DNA of 63,398 nt, counting the filler, from Tortispora ganteri (Eukaryota): NCBI GenBank assembly GCA_003707115.1. It is 11 parts of 11 records of this genome, joined end to end, with 100 filler letters (N's around TTAATTAATTAA, not from the genome) between each part and the next. Parts side by side here need not be neighbours in the genome. Positions count along the whole stretch, not along the records: positions 6,691 to 12,934 come from PPNB01000059.1; positions 13,035 to 19,235 come from PPNB01000060.1; positions 19,336 to 25,064 come from PPNB01000061.1; 8 more parts are not named here. One strand, 5' to 3'. The position numbers and the translations under genes are program-made. Below the pieces are notes generated by a model. The model saw only the letters and a program-made list of their open reading frames with translations, was not told the DNA's origin and did no database searches. Shown piece by piece: positions 11,601 to 23,327 of the stretch (position 1 is its first letter; each line of letters begins with the position of its first letter).

Positions 11601-12711
11601 TGAATTGAGTATGACTGTACTTACAAGCGCATCGAGTATTTATACGCGTGGAACAGGAGCAACACAATTAATTATGGGAGTTTATGTTGATGATATAATT
11701 CTACTATCAGAAAATGAAAAGATTATTGAAGAAGCGAAAGCAGTTATTCTGAGCAAATTCAAAGCCAAGGATTTTGGCAAAATTAACAAGTTTCTCGGAA
11801 TGCAAATTATACAGGATATGAAAAAGGGAGAAGTTTCCATCAGCATGAAGGAATATATTGAATCCATGATTGAAGACTTTGAGAATGATCAGCTGCGGAC
11901 TTTCAAAACGCCAATGCATGAAGACTTCATTAAAAATCAGGAAACTTCTACTCCACTAGATACTAGGGGAGTCACCGCTTATCAGCAACTAATTGGGTGT
12001 CTTAGATACTTGACTACCTATGGTAGACCTGATATTGCATTTGCTGTCAAAACTTTATCTCATCATCTGAAAGATCCTCAACAACACCATATGACGGCTG
12101 CACGTCGAATACTTGGCTATCTGAAAGCCAATACCGACTACAAGATCACGTACCGTCGCTCACAGCTAAATACACCGATATTATCAGCTTATGCTGATGC
12201 AAGTTTCTTAAGTGAAGAAGGCAGTCGATCCACAATTGGATACGTGCTCAGAGTAGCCAATGGACCAGTAACATGGCACAGCAAGAAGCTCACTATTATT
12301 GTTAAATCAACAACTGAAGCTGAAATTAACTCGCTGTTTCACTGTTGTATCGTGATTGATCACCTTAGGGCAATTTTGTTTGAGCTCAACTTTCCACAAA
12401 AATCACCTACAATAGTGTATGAAGATAATCAAGCAGCTATTGCTCGTCTGAAGAGCAAGGATGCGGTCCGACGTGCCAATGCTCGACACCCTGAGATGCA
12501 CTCGCAGTTCATATACCAGAAAATCGTCAATCATGATATAACGCTGGAATATATTCAGACGACAAAGCAAATTGCAGATTTCTTCACCAAACCTCTTGGA
12601 ACCACCCTTTATCGAGACCTTCGAAACCTTTTGTGTGAAGACGAATCAAAGTTAGCATCACACAGTGACTCAGATGTTAAAGATAATTCATTAGGGATCA
12701 ACAATACTTGA
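8602..12711 (+). CDS. pol: Retrotransposon Pol (protease-integrase-RT-RNase H); in frame with gag, open from the gag stop (first ATG 8677)
   Basis: VIDSGA protease; HHCC (LHRATGH..CPTC); integrase HSDVSGP/RTDGGTEY/NGTAER; RT QMDISTAF, YVDD; RNase H YADAS, TEAE, EDNQAAI, ADFFTK. Confidence 0.97.
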   Translation, partial: DRGPTWTPNSGVDSSKNCCTNITRSMQFPSVSTPDAKMYYTITESKSLSNNVYGHVAKLETNVDLYRFDGDEIIKSCTVQEQKTAPSLINHQVIQPAGGQLLCAALQCYKNVPDSLFVIDSGANGHITNDLTLLTNIKSIPGMKVNGFNNVPNTSTIVGDILLAEQGDCKYYLENVYFCPESSMNLFSVSIAEHQSTLELKYKPPSSLENYVVPSWEIFLMPTGGKYKVIRHEELHFFNPVEFSPKQGSIARLMNGNNLDNRLGEITAATVNTAKVLEIMRLHRATGHTNFQNLLTHVRAGRFPEIAPSTAENLSYTDFNCPTCYEANLQRRRLNKKKTEKRKRKTNEVGELIHSDVSGPHMKSISGYTYLVNFIDDYSRHVWIYPLREKSEVFSKFKELRSMLKTQYKATVRALRTDGGTEYLSNSFRKFLKEKGIQPVRSTRYTPELNGTAERNWQTIFNIARSAMHQCNAPYFMWEFAIDHAVNCYNHYIFRNYADDIWDTPHGRITKEKPELHGMAMFGSDCWVHVPAEVRTDKLANRGKRCVYLGMDPEYIGMKIFDLDTGMIEASKDLRIKETFEFMPLVGQTIRDNGRYYEEWNNLTIEDFKHDASIEEIPNTTPRNVTFVEPITQNDASQGLAEDELLQRLFDKQPTPSSYVEGTHLQREEPSEEPSGPDMSTGQNVERCVSPYTTSYLNPSQTADYNYIDMSGEEGHDQGKSSLESDRDSLTNHDTISILPPENTEDMVESIPSTIITEVDDTDNAKQKSVEVVDNEIVDGRRRSARIRSNVEHGKYAGTPFLIANTMQLIPRTICLSLVEQDLHPSDLPIPQKYSEVQKSPHRELWEEAIRTELTSLQANGTWKEITKLPSSSKLIDCRWVFTLKTNTAGRVVQAKARLVARGFQQRENIDYEDTYAPTMNVDSLRLLLALAAERNLHIHQMDISTAFVNAELDKDIYIHRPEGCQELVKTKFLKLLKALYGLKQAPLCWYEMLQEFLETELSMTVLTSASSIYTRGTGATQLIMGVYVDDIILLSENEKIIEEAKAVILSKFKAKDFGKINKFLGMQIIQDMKKGEVSISMKEYIESMIEDFENDQLRTFKTPMHEDFIKNQETSTPLDTRGVTAYQQLIGCLRYLTTYGRPDIAFAVKTLSHHLKDPQQHHMTAARRILGYLKANTDYKITYRRSQLNTPILSAYADASFLSEEGSRSTIGYVLRVANGPVTWHSKKLTIIVKSTTEAEINSLFHCCIVIDHLRAILFELNFPQKSPTIVYEDNQAAIARLKSKDAVRRANARHPEMHSQFIYQKIVNHDITLEYIQTTKQIADFFTKPLGTTLYRDLRNLLCEDESKLASHSDSDVKDNSLGINNT

Positions 12712-12728
12712 CGAAGTATTGTAGATCC

Positions 12729-12735
12729 AGGGGAG
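12729..12735 (+). promoter_or_regulatory. Polypurine tract
   Basis: AGGGGAG directly before TGTTG. Confidence 0.8.
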
Positions 12736-12934
12736 TGTTGATATTATCTTAGCAACTGAGAACCTATCTGGCTAGGTTCCCTAACCCCAATTCATATCAT
12801 ATAAAAGGAAGCACCCAACCTACCTTGAACCTTAGACAATTGCAAGCGGTAAGCTTACAAGTGTTGGATCACTCTAGTATAGCATACGTGAGGTGGATCC
12901 TAGGTTACGTGAAACTACCGGGGTTCCCTCATTA
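12736..12934 (+). repeat. 5' part of the 3' LTR
   Basis: Starts TGTTG after the PPT; contains TATAAAA near 12800; truncated by contig end. Confidence 0.85.
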
Positions 12935-13034
12935 NNNNNNNNNNNNNNNNNNNNNNNNNNNNNNNNNNNNNNNNNNNNTTAATTAATTAANNNNNNNNNN
13001 NNNNNNNNNNNNNNNNNNNNNNNNNNNNNNNNNN
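12935..13034. other. Artificial contig linker
   Basis: N44-TTAATTAATTAA-N44. Confidence 0.99.
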
Positions 13035-16015
13035 GAAACAGCTGAAGACGAAGCACTGGCTGACGGAGATACTAAGTCAGAAGAAGAAGACATTTCAGAT
13101 AGAGACGCACTAGCTGAAATAGAACTGATCTCGGAAGGCGATGTACTAGCTGACGAAGAAGCGCTGAAAACCTCAGAAGATGGAGCAGGTGACGCTGAAG
13201 CAGAGGCCGATGCACTGATAACCTCAGAAGAAGGAACAGGTGACGCTGACGCTGAAGCCGAGGCACTGATAACCTCAGAAGATGGTGCAGGAGAAGCTGA
13301 CTCGGAGACCGACGCACTGAGAACCTCAGAAGATGGCTCAGGTGACGCTGATTCGGAGGCCGATGCACTGATAACCTCAGAAGAAGGAGCAGGTGACGCT
13401 GATTCGGAGGCCGATGCACTGATAACCTCAGAAGATGAAACAGGTGACGCTGACGCTGATGCCGAGGCAGAGGCCGAGGCACTGAGAACCTCAGAAGAAG
13501 GAGCAGGTGAAGCTGACTCGGAGACCGACGCACTGAGAACCTCAGAAGATGGCGCAGGAGAAGCTGAAGCAGAGGCCGACGCACTGAAAACCTCAGAAGA
13601 AGGAGCAGGTGACGCTGACTCGGAGGCCGACGCACTGAGAACCTCAGAAGATGGCGCAGGTGACGCTGACTCGGAGGCCGACGCACTGAGAACCTCAGAA
13701 GATGGTGCAGGAGAAGCTGACTCGGAGACCGACGCACTGATAACCTCAGAAGATGGCGCAGGAGAAGCTGAAGCAGAGGCCGACGCACTGAGAACCTCAG
13801 AAGATGGTGCAGGAGAAGCTGAAGCCGACGCAGAGGCACTGGCAACCTCAGAAGATGGCGCAGGTGACGCTGAAGCGGAGACCGACGCACTGAGAACCTC
13901 AGAAGATGGCGCAGGTGACGCTGACTCGGAGGCCGATGCACTGATAACCTCAGAAGATGGTGCAGGAGAAGCTGAAGCAGAGGCCGACGCACTGAGAACC
14001 TCAGAAGAAGGAGAAGGAGAAGCCGACGCCGACGCACTGATAACCTCAGAAGATGGTGCAGGAGAAGCTGAAGCAGAGGCCGACGCACTGAGAACCTCAG
14101 AAGAAGGAGAAGGAGAAGCCGACGCCGACGCACTGAGAACCTCAGAAGAAGGAGAAGGAGAAGCTGAAGCAGAGGCAGAGGCACTGAAAACCTCAGAAGA
14201 TGGTGCAGGAGAAGCTGACTCGGAGACCGACGCACTGAGAACCTCAGAAGATGGTGCAGGAGAAGCTGAAGCTGAGGCCGATGCACTGATAACCTCAGAA
14301 GATGGTGCAGGAGACGCTGACTCGGAGGCCGATGCACTGATAACCTCAGAAGAAGGAACAGGTGACGCTGACTCGGAGGCCGATGCACTGATAACCTCAG
14401 AAGAAGGAACAGGTGACGCTGAAGCAGAGGCAGAGGCACTAAGAACCTCAGAAGATGGTGCAGGAGAAGCTGACTCGGAGACCGACGCACTGAGAGCCTC
14501 AGAAGATGGCGCAGGAGAAGCTGAAGCAGAGGCAGAGGCACTGAGAACCTCAGAAGATGGTGCAGGAGAAGCTGACTCGGAGACCGACGCACTGAGAACC
14601 TCAGAAGATGGTGCAGGAGAAGCTGAAGCTGAGACCGACGCACTGAGAGCCTCAGAAGATGGAGCAGGAGAAGGTGACTCGGAGACCGATGCACTGATAA
14701 CCTCAGAAGATGGTGACGCTGACGCTGAAGCCGAGGCAGAGGCACTGGCAACTTCCGATGACGACACAATAACGGAGGAGATGATCGGATGAACACTAGA
14801 CAAGATATCAGATGATGAGGCGATCAAAGATGATAACGAGCTGTTCGAGTATACTGCCCGTGATGAATAATATGAGGGCGCAGATGAAGGTATATCGGGT
14901 AAAATCGAACTGCTTACAGAGCTGACTGTGGCAGTGATTTCAGTGCTATGCTGCAAATCTGAGGAATGAGTGCTGGTAGAGGAAAAAGGTTGACTTGAAA
15001 GCAGTAGAGACGAAATCGCAAGAGAGGTGGCGGTCTGAATTGGAGAGGAGGTTATGAGGTTGCCACTAGGAGACAAGTCGACAGCTGAGATTTCTATATA
15101 GCCGTTATCGTTTGATGGTACTGGAAATACGACTATCCATTTAGAATCAGACATTGATCGAGATTCTGCGAGTGTGGTGGCGACAGTAGAAGTAACAACT
15201 ACTATGCGGACTGGGTACCATGTTTCCTGAAGGCCAATGAACGACTGGTCTTCGGTGTAGCCATTCTCTGCAGAAAGAGACGCTATGTCAGAAAATTGGA
15301 CGTCGCTGAGACTAGGCAGCGGCATACACTCGACCAGGTGTGGGCCGATGAAGAGGTAAGCTTGAGCGACTGTACCTGCGGGTGGCGAAGAAAGCGAAAG
15401 TCTGAGAGCGGTGATTTCAGCGGCGTTCATACGAAGGTAAACGAAAAGCTCAGTGACACCATAATTAGGGCCAGCTGCAGCGTAAGAGTGTTCATCATGT
15501 TGAGTGTCAACCAACGCATAAGATCCTGTGCGGTATGTGGCATCAGCGATCTGCTGGGGAGACCAATCTGCTGAGTCTGGGTACCATGTTGCAGCGATAG
15601 AGTTTACCGGGGAAAACGTGTAGCAAGAAGACTGTGCGAGAGTTACAGATGTTGAAGGAGTTCCAGGCGTAGAAATATCGGCTGGTGATGATGTAGGGAC
15701 AATGACAGGGTAGCGGTAAGTGATATCACCAGTGACTGAGACGTGGACAGATATGTCCTCGTAGACGCTATAAACATAAGTGTTAGAATTAATAACAAAT
15801 GGAGGTTTTGGTACATAGGAGACTACAGTTGAGGTGCACTCGAAACAGTAGACATTATCGGTGTAGGTAGTGTGTGGACGGCAATAGTCATCATAAGCGG
15901 TGACAATACCTGTAGCTGAGGTGAACCCTTGGGAGTAGAGTGTAGTAGTAGCTAGTGGGGGCGGTGTGCATATGAGTGTCTCGAGCTCGGTGACGGTGCT
16001 CCAAACGGTATGCAT
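13035..16015 (-). CDS. Divergent adhesin-like family member (paralog B) with long Ser/Ala/Pro repeat stalk; 3' truncated
   Basis: Same N-domain (TLICTPP..YDDYC..YCFEC), PA14-like domain (AYLFIG..EC..WYPVRIV), about 30 tandem repeats. Confidence 0.8.
13150..14760 (-). repeat. Intragenic 51-bp (17-aa, ASPAPSSEVLSASxSxS) minisatellite, about 31 units, some 45-bp variants
   Basis: CCTCAGAAGA recurs at 13171, 13222, 13273 ... Confidence 0.92.
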
Positions 16016-17261
16016 GGCTCGTGTAGCGAATAATAGTATATCATATTTACAGGAAATTTGCCGATAGATATATACATAGTTAGCGGTGTCATTGTTTGAC
16101 GAAGGATCATTGTTCGTGGTTTAACAAGGAAGAAGTGACTAGGCCAATTAGAAGTGTGTAAACCTAAAAAGTAAATTTTAATTGTGTATTATAGACCGTC
16201 TATTGGCTGAATGGCAGTCTATAGCGAACCCGTTAGTCGCTCTAATCGGATGTCAGCACGCGTAGTGAGAATATTGCTGGACGCATCAAACCCCTGTTTA
16301 GTTTATTGTAGTGTAGGCTATACTATTATGTGCAACACTACTATGTGATCTCAATCCTTCGATCGATCAGACTTGCGAAATGTTAGTAGACACGACCACA
16401 CGGATAGGGAAAAAAAAAAAGCAAAAAGAAAAAAAGCAGAACAGCTTCTACGGAATGCAGAAACAATTTTCAGCGAATAAACACCTTGCACGCTGCATTA
16501 ACGTTCAATTTTCTAAATTTGGCTCTTTTTCTTTTGAGAATTTATTCTGCTAAAACTGCGCCATAAATAATGCAAAATGTCCATTGTTCCCATCCCAAAT
16601 ACTAATGAGAACAATGACACCCAGTTGAAGTCAAAGAAATCACTCTTGAACTTTAATATACGCTAGCCAATAATACAAATATATCTTTAACAGAGTTTAG
16701 ATTGCGTCTAAATGTAATCGGAGATCGCGGCCATTTATTCTAGGAAAGATTTCTTCGAATCCAAAGAAGAAGTTAAGCCGGTGAACGGACTTGTCCGATT
16801 ACATACAGATTTTATCTTAGAAACTGCAACTGCGATGTTAGTTATTGCTTAACGCTGCAAGACGTTGATCTACAAACAGAGCCTTGTCCAAGTATCAGAC
16901 ATTTTACCTAATCAATATGTTTAAAAGATATCTGTTTAGAAAATCTCTAGAAGATAGCGTGATAAATGACTTTTAAGATTCGAATATCGGACTTCGAATG
17001 CCAAGATCCGCTGGAATATCTCGATTATGCATATTCTTGTACCACAAACTGTCCATTTCCTTGTAATCTTGTCATTAAGCGATCTTAATTAATTAAAAGA
17101 AAAACTCAAGTTTGAAATTTGTACGATCGCAAATTTCTCTACCGCTAATATTACTGCAATTACCGTTCTCTTTACATTTTTAGCATTTTAACCACACTAA
17201 AAAAAAGCCTTTTATGTTGTTAGCCTAGCAACGACTCTTTCTACCCTCTTAACTTGCACAA

Positions 17262-18776
17262 ATGTTCTGCGCGATCTCGGGAAACCCGCCTAAATCTCCG
17301 GTATTTTCGCCGGCAAGCGGATCGATTTTCGACCGTTCACTCATAGAAAACTATATACAACTAAATGGTGTTGATCCCGTATCTCAAAAACCTCTCAGCG
17401 TGGATGAACTCCTGCCGGTCAACACACCAACAGTCATTGCTGCAAAACCTCCAGACACCTTCTCAATACCTAGCCTTCTCGATTGCCTCGCTAAAGAGTA
17501 CGATGCGAACGCTTTAGAAACATTCTCCTTACGTAAACAGCTACATGAGACTCGGCAAGAACTCTCAATTGCGCTCTATAAGTTCGACGCAGCCGTCCGC
17601 GTAGCCGCTAGACTGCAGCAGGAACGAGACGAGGCAAAACAAGCGCTCGAACAACTTGTTATGCGTATTGGCAGCTCTAGTGCCTCCAATCAGGAGACTG
17701 ACACCACTAAATCTTTTGAAATAGGTCTGGAAATGCCCTCTTTGCTTCAACAACAACTATCCCTTACAGCGCGTTCTCTCGCATCCTATCGCAAGAAACA
17801 CCCTTTGCCTAACTCAGATTGTTTTGTGCCTATTGATACATTCCAGCCTGAAAAAAAGTTTGCATTATTTTGTGTCGCTGCTAAACAAAATAACGCTTCT
17901 GAGTCCTCGTATGGTGCTTTAGCTTACGTCTCTGACAACGCTCTACACTTTAATGACATTTCCGTGACCCTCTCAGATCCCCCGCAGCTGATTATTGGCA
18001 ACCCGCAAATACCCTTCCCTGTAATATTCACAAAATCTGGTCACATTCAGGTTCTTCGTGACGGTTCGCTCTCCACAGTGCTCACCTTAACCGAACAGTT
18101 CACCAATATAGTCACCGGGTTTCTAATCCCAATAGCAGACGTCGCTCATAAGGGGCCAATACCTTACTATTCAGTTCTACCAAGTTCACTTCTAGTAATA
18201 GTTGCCGATAATCAATATTTCATTTACAACCTCTCTGATTTGGATTCGGTGTCATTGGTCGCTAGAAGCCCCTCGCTCAATCTGATAGAGTCCTCTGCAC
18301 CAGTTGCCGTTCATCCTGACGGCCAGCTGCTCGCAGCATTGACGCCAAACGGTATCAATATTTACGATTTAACAAACGGGTCTGTTGCTGCTACTTTCGA
18401 TGATCAAAATTTAACAAACCTCGCATTTTCTAGCTCCGGTACACTGCTATTGGCGCTCTCGGATGATTCCCTTATCTTCTACGATCTGCGCAAAATCTCC
18501 CGATCACACGATATTAAACTGCCATTTGCACCAACAACTGTCTTGTCGCATTTCCAAAATACTATTTGTATCGCAGATACACAGAAAGGCGACATCGCTT
18601 TCGTCAACGTTATCGGCAAGTCGGGCCAAGACTCTCAAGTCTCCGAAACCTTCAATCTGACCAGTGCCACCACACCACCGCCAATTCGCATTTGTCCTTA
18701 CCAGAATGGTGTACTCGTATTCCCCTCATGCGGATACACCGGAATTAATGTCGATCCGATTGACGAAACTTCATGA
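17262..18776 (+). CDS. PRP19: Pre-mRNA splicing factor Prp19 (U-box E3, coiled coil, degenerate WD40)
   Basis: MFCAISG..P..SP.SG.IFDRSLIE.YI U-box; SIPSLL..EYDA..LETF.LR..L..TRQELS.ALY..DAAVRV.ARL. Confidence 0.92.
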   Translation: MFCAISGNPPKSPVFSPASGSIFDRSLIENYIQLNGVDPVSQKPLSVDELLPVNTPTVIAAKPPDTFSIPSLLDCLAKEYDANALETFSLRKQLHETRQELSIALYKFDAAVRVAARLQQERDEAKQALEQLVMRIGSSSASNQETDTTKSFEIGLEMPSLLQQQLSLTARSLASYRKKHPLPNSDCFVPIDTFQPEKKFALFCVAAKQNNASESSYGALAYVSDNALHFNDISVTLSDPPQLIIGNPQIPFPVIFTKSGHIQVLRDGSLSTVLTLTEQFTNIVTGFLIPIADVAHKGPIPYYSVLPSSLLVIVADNQYFIYNLSDLDSVSLVARSPSLNLIESSAPVAVHPDGQLLAALTPNGINIYDLTNGSVAATFDDQNLTNLAFSSSGTLLLALSDDSLIFYDLRKISRSHDIKLPFAPTTVLSHFQNTICIADTQKGDIAFVNVIGKSGQDSQVSETFNLTSATTPPPIRICPYQNGVLVFPSCGYTGINVDPIDETS

Positions 18777-19000
18777 CCGGTCTCCTGCCAGCATATTTGA
18801 AGTATGAACTTTATGTGTTACCCTGCTTAATTTTCAATCTCCACACCTAAAACACACCCAACCTGTATGTACCGTCTTTAACGTTAGTCAACTAACTATT
18901 CCCCCTTCCACCGTACACAACCGCCTCCCTCTAATAACCACCGCTTCTCGCGCCTTCTCTTTCTAACTTTTATTATTGTTTTTATTGTGAAACTGGGGTC

Positions 19001-19235
19001 ATGGAAAGACCTAGAAAAATTAGAAGGGTCTCTTCCGAAGGACTCGCCTCCAGCTCGTCAAATCACAGATCTTCTTCTTTCACAACACCACGAACAGGAT
19101 CTTCTACTGCTCCTTCAAATTCTTTTTCGCATTCTCCAAATGACTCTATAGACATTTCAGAAACTTCTACTGGTAGTGACGTCCAGCTCACACGGGTTCT
19201 TCCAGCGTCTCGGCCTAGAGTTCAGTGGAGATCGC
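19001..19235 (+). CDS. 5' fragment of an unknown Ser-rich protein with an NLS-like start (RPRKIRR); truncated
   Basis: ATG-started ORF open to the contig end. Confidence 0.5.
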
Positions 19236-19335
19236 NNNNNNNNNNNNNNNNNNNNNNNNNNNNNNNNNNNNNNNNNNNNTTAATTAATTAANNNNNNNNN
19301 NNNNNNNNNNNNNNNNNNNNNNNNNNNNNNNNNNN
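19236..19335. other. Artificial contig linker
   Basis: N44-TTAATTAATTAA-N44. Confidence 0.99.
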
Positions 19336-20426
19336 TGTACATATACACTCTACGTGTCACCCATCCAATCACCGACGAAACTATTAGTGATACTTAGCTC
19401 ATAGATGTCGTGATAGATTACGTAAATTCGATTTTAGTCTCATTATGTCGCTTATTACCATTGCATATTGTTGTATTAGCCGTTAATACTCATGCGGGTA
19501 CTAAACTGTCACTAACGATAACTACTACCCCAATATCAGGTCCAAGGGTTAGCAAATCCACCAATGGGATAGCAAGTCACTCGATCGAAAGCGGCAAGGT
19601 AGCCTTCTTCGTTGTGATAAGCACTTGAGTTGGCCGCTTCATCTCATTAAATTAAATGATTAGAAATTTGAGGCTGAAAATGCTAAAGCCAACTTATAGT
19701 ACGTCGAAATCCCCTCGGTCAAGTTGAAAAGCTTAGATACGTCACGCGAAACGTCCGGTTTAATTAATGGCATGTTGCATAGGTAAGTAAGACCATGTTG
19801 TCCCTATTCTAGGAGATGTATGGCTTCCTAGGTTGATCGTAAAAAAGACTAATCGCAAAAATAGTGTATGTTTTACAACTAGACGTCGTTGCTGATTGGT
19901 GAACTAGCAAATGTTATTATAATTTAACCTTCATTTTGAGGAACTTAGTAATTTTAGTGTGTAACCGGATTTTCTGAATCAAGAAACCATGTCAAGGATT
20001 GATAAGACATGCAATCTTATTTTATTACTGCATAGTCTGTATATTCAAAGTCTACAAAAAAGAAGTCACTTTTCAGCTTATTTTTATAGCTATAATTGTT
20101 TGCATAACTTTTGTTATGTGGACATACCTGCAATCGATGATTCACAACACGTTAGCATTACAGTAAAGCTTATTTGAATAAACTTATTTATGTTACATTT
20201 TCGCACTATCGATCGCATATTGCACTAGTGCCTTTTCGTAGCTTTACGTTCTTATCGGTGGCTTCTGGCGCAATTATTTTAACAAAGTCAAAGAAAAATG
20301 CGCGATGTTAAGCTTTAGTGTACTTTGCAACTCCAGCCCCTTAGAGGCTTTCAAATAGCTCCCGGTTTTCATATATATTTACACAATGTCCGCTTCTCCA
20401 CAATTATTTTCCTATCTCTATAAGCC

Positions 20427-22166
20427 ATGTCCTATCCTGACGAGAAGTCCGTCAAGAACGAGAAAGGCTATGTTATAGAAGCAACGTCTTCGGACAATAC
20501 CGCCCTCTCTACAGAATACACTGAGAAGACAATTCCTGCGGGCGACAATGGTCCTCCTATTGATATCTACCCGGATCCTACCCCAGATGAGCTTGACACA
20601 CTGCGACGTATCCGAGATAAGATCCCATTTGCTGCATTTATTGTCGCTGTAGTAGAGCTCTGCGAGCGATTCACATACTACGGTGTCTCTGGGCCCTTTC
20701 AGAACTACATCCAGTATAGCCCGAACGACGTCATTCCTGGAAAGCTGGGCAAAGGTGAAAGTACAGCTACTGCACTCAACTACTTTTATCAGTTCTGGAC
20801 TTACTGTACCCCCATTTTTGGTGCAATCTTAGGCGATCAGTACTTGGGCAAATTCTGGGCCATTATTACATGTTGCTGTATCTATATGGTCGGTCTCATA
20901 GTCTTGCTTGTGACCTCTTTCCCTTTTGCTGATACATCCGCTTCACTTGGCGGCTTGATAGTTGGCATGATCTGCACAGGATTTGGTGCTGGTGGAATCA
21001 AGGCCAATGTTGGACCTTTGATTGCTGAGCAGTATACCAATAAAAGAGCCTTTGTGAAGACTCTCAAGTCTGGTGAACGTGTGATTGTCGACCCGCGCAT
21101 TACGAACGAGGTCATTTTCCAGATTTTCTACCTTTGCATAAACATTGGAGCATTGTCTCCTCTTGTCACAACTAATCTCGAGCTTCATGTCAGCTACTGG
21201 GCTGCTTTCCTTGTACCTACTTGTTTCTTTTGCTTAGCCTTCCTTGCCATGTTCTTTGGAAAACGCATTCTTCGTGTCAAGAAACCCCAAGGTTCTGTTA
21301 TTCCTATGGCTTTCCGTGTAACCTTCCAAGCTGTTAAGCACAAATTCAGTATGGAAGCAGTTAAACCTTCAAGGAATCCTGATGCCAACTACCCATGGAA
21401 TGACCATTTTGTGGACGAAATCAAGCGCGCTCTCCAGGCATGTAAAGTCTTCTGTTTGCTGCCCATTTACAGTCTCATGTACGGAAATATGTCCTCTAAC
21501 TTCGTCTCTCAGGCTGGCCAGATGGAGCTCCACGGAATTCCAAACGATGTAATGTCAGTTTTCGATTCAATTACGATTATTGTCTTTGTTCCCTTCATGT
21601 CAGCAATTGGATTCCCCTTATTGCGCAAAATGGGCTTCAAAATGATGCCTATCACCAAGATGACCATAGGATATTTTCTCATTGGTATTTCAATGGCATA
21701 TGCTGCAATCATTCAGCACTTAATCTATTCTGCCGGCCCTTGCTACGATAACCCTCTCGGTTGTCCTGCTAGTGATAACGGAACCATTCCGAACAGAGTC
21801 AATATAGCTATTCAAATTCCCGCGTATATTATTATGGGAATGTCTGAAATCTTTAATTACGTCACAGGACTCGAGTATGCTTACACTAAAGCACCTGACT
21901 CTCTGAAATCTTTCGTTATGGCGCTGTACCTTCTCACCAATGCTGTTGGTGCAGCTCTTGGTATGGCTCTCTCTCCTGTCGCCGTCAATCCCAAGCTTCT
22001 TTGGATGTATACCGGTCTTGCAGCCGCTGCTGTTGTTGCCGGTGTCGTGTTCTGGTTCTTGTTCCGCCACTTGAACTCCAAGGAAGACGCTATGAATCAT
22101 ATTGACGCCGAAACCGAAGAGTACTACGAGGCTGCAGCTTTCATAGGAGAAGAAGGCAGAGCCTAA
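20427..22166 (+). CDS. PTR2: POT/PTR-family di/tripeptide transporter (allele 1)
   Basis: ELCERFTYYG, GGIKANV, FYLCINIGAL, GLEYAYTKAP motifs; many TM segments. Confidence 0.95.
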   Translation: MSYPDEKSVKNEKGYVIEATSSDNTALSTEYTEKTIPAGDNGPPIDIYPDPTPDELDTLRRIRDKIPFAAFIVAVVELCERFTYYGVSGPFQNYIQYSPNDVIPGKLGKGESTATALNYFYQFWTYCTPIFGAILGDQYLGKFWAIITCCCIYMVGLIVLLVTSFPFADTSASLGGLIVGMICTGFGAGGIKANVGPLIAEQYTNKRAFVKTLKSGERVIVDPRITNEVIFQIFYLCINIGALSPLVTTNLELHVSYWAAFLVPTCFFCLAFLAMFFGKRILRVKKPQGSVIPMAFRVTFQAVKHKFSMEAVKPSRNPDANYPWNDHFVDEIKRALQACKVFCLLPIYSLMYGNMSSNFVSQAGQMELHGIPNDVMSVFDSITIIVFVPFMSAIGFPLLRKMGFKMMPITKMTIGYFLIGISMAYAAIIQHLIYSAGPCYDNPLGCPASDNGTIPNRVNIAIQIPAYIIMGMSEIFNYVTGLEYAYTKAPDSLKSFVMALYLLTNAVGAALGMALSPVAVNPKLLWMYTGLAAAAVVAGVVFWFLFRHLNSKEDAMNHIDAETEEYYEAAAFIGEEGRA

Positions 22167-22346
22167 ACATGCAGTGCGATAAGTTTACGATGTCATGATT
22201 GTCAGATGAACGTCACATTATGGGTAATTTTCATTAACGTTTTCTCCGTAGCATAAAGTAAAAATGCGTACAACACTCTGCCCAATTAGCGTACGTTCTC
22301 AAAGGCATAATATCACAAAAGTGCGCTTCGTTCAAATGCGCATATT

Positions 22347-23327
22347 TTACCAGAATGGTGTAGAAGGCCGGCTTCTTGGAGTTCCTGCGTAAGTGTCTAT
22401 TGGGCGGGCAGTACGACGTCTACCAGAACCAAAACGAGCAGATTCACGACGCAGACGACGAATATTGCGTTCTCGTTCACCCTCGCGCTTCTCTATTTCG
22501 TCTTTAGACAAAACCTCAATGCTTGGAGCCCATTCCGAACACAGCCCCTCGGCGTCTAGTCTCCAGCCAGCACGTGCGCCATACGCCGCTTGGTTGTCTT
22601 GGTTAACTAAAGCAGCAGCTTCACCAGATACAAAGTCCTTTTTCAGCCGCAGTAGGCTCTCATGCACAGCGTGTGATACAGCAGGATAGAACTCCGAGGA
22701 CAGAGACATGTCCTGACATACTATTTTGGCGAACTGTTCCGGTTGCAGTTCATCTGAACCAATATCCCATTCAAATTTATCTTCGAATAAGTATTTAGAT
22801 AAATGTAATGATACTTGGACGGGAACGACGGAGTTGGCGAACTCAGTATCTGCGGCTGCGGCTGCGGCGACAGTTTGTGTATCGATACCTACGACGGGCG
22901 CATACTCATCTAATTGTGTCTTTATAGCGGTCGCAATTTGATTAGCAACACTTGAAGGCAAGTCCATGTCAATACACATTATTTGCGAGAACCTTTCAGG
23001 GGTGATTTGGGACTCGTAGAGGTTCCAGCAGAAAAAGTCGTCAATTCGCATGTTGTCATACTCAATGTTAATGCGAATCGGTACCAAAGCTTCGGGTACC
23101 GCCGGGATAGCACCTGTGAACGTATTAGAGTACACCACAGGAGCACGCTTGGCTTTTATTTCAGAGACAACAGGCGGCGTGTCGTCATCGTGTTCGTTGT
23201 CGGAATCGATGTCATCGAGATACTGTTTTCGCGTCCTTGTTTGGCCAGAGGTGACAGAGATAAGCGATGTGCGGTCGGCTCTGAGACGGGAGGCGTACGT
23301 AGTAGAGCACGCTTGCGCTGATTGCAT
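22347..23327 (-). CDS. SFH1: RSC complex subunit Sfh1 (Snf5 family) (allele 1)
   Basis: LVPIRINIE..D.F.WN..E..ITPE.F and FEDKFEWD repeats; C-terminal ERERNIRRLRRE; first ATG 23327. Confidence 0.88.
   Translation of the reverse strand: MQSAQACSTTYASRLRADRTSLISVTSGQTRTRKQYLDDIDSDNEHDDDTPPVVSEIKAKRAPVVYSNTFTGAIPAVPEALVPIRINIEYDNMRIDDFFCWNLYESQITPERFSQIMCIDMDLPSSVANQIATAIKTQLDEYAPVVGIDTQTVAAAAAADTEFANSVVPVQVSLHLSKYLFEDKFEWDIGSDELQPEQFAKIVCQDMSLSSEFYPAVSHAVHESLLRLKKDFVSGEAAALVNQDNQAAYGARAGWRLDAEGLCSEWAPSIEVLSKDEIEKREGERERNIRRLRRESARFGSGRRRTARPIDTYAGTPRSRPSTPFW

Larger units (their letters stand above)
6691..12934 (+). mobile_element. Ty1/copia (Pseudoviridae) LTR retrotransposon; both LTRs cut by contig ends
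   Basis: gag + pol with PR-IN-RT-RH order, PBS, PPT and TGTT...AACA LTR termini. Confidence 0.97.

Noticed and set aside
13072..14796. 574-aa Leu/Arg/His ORF, and ORFs 51025-51693, 51663-52460, 51697-52581
   Set aside because: Alternative-frame or antisense shadows of the Ser-rich minisatellites.
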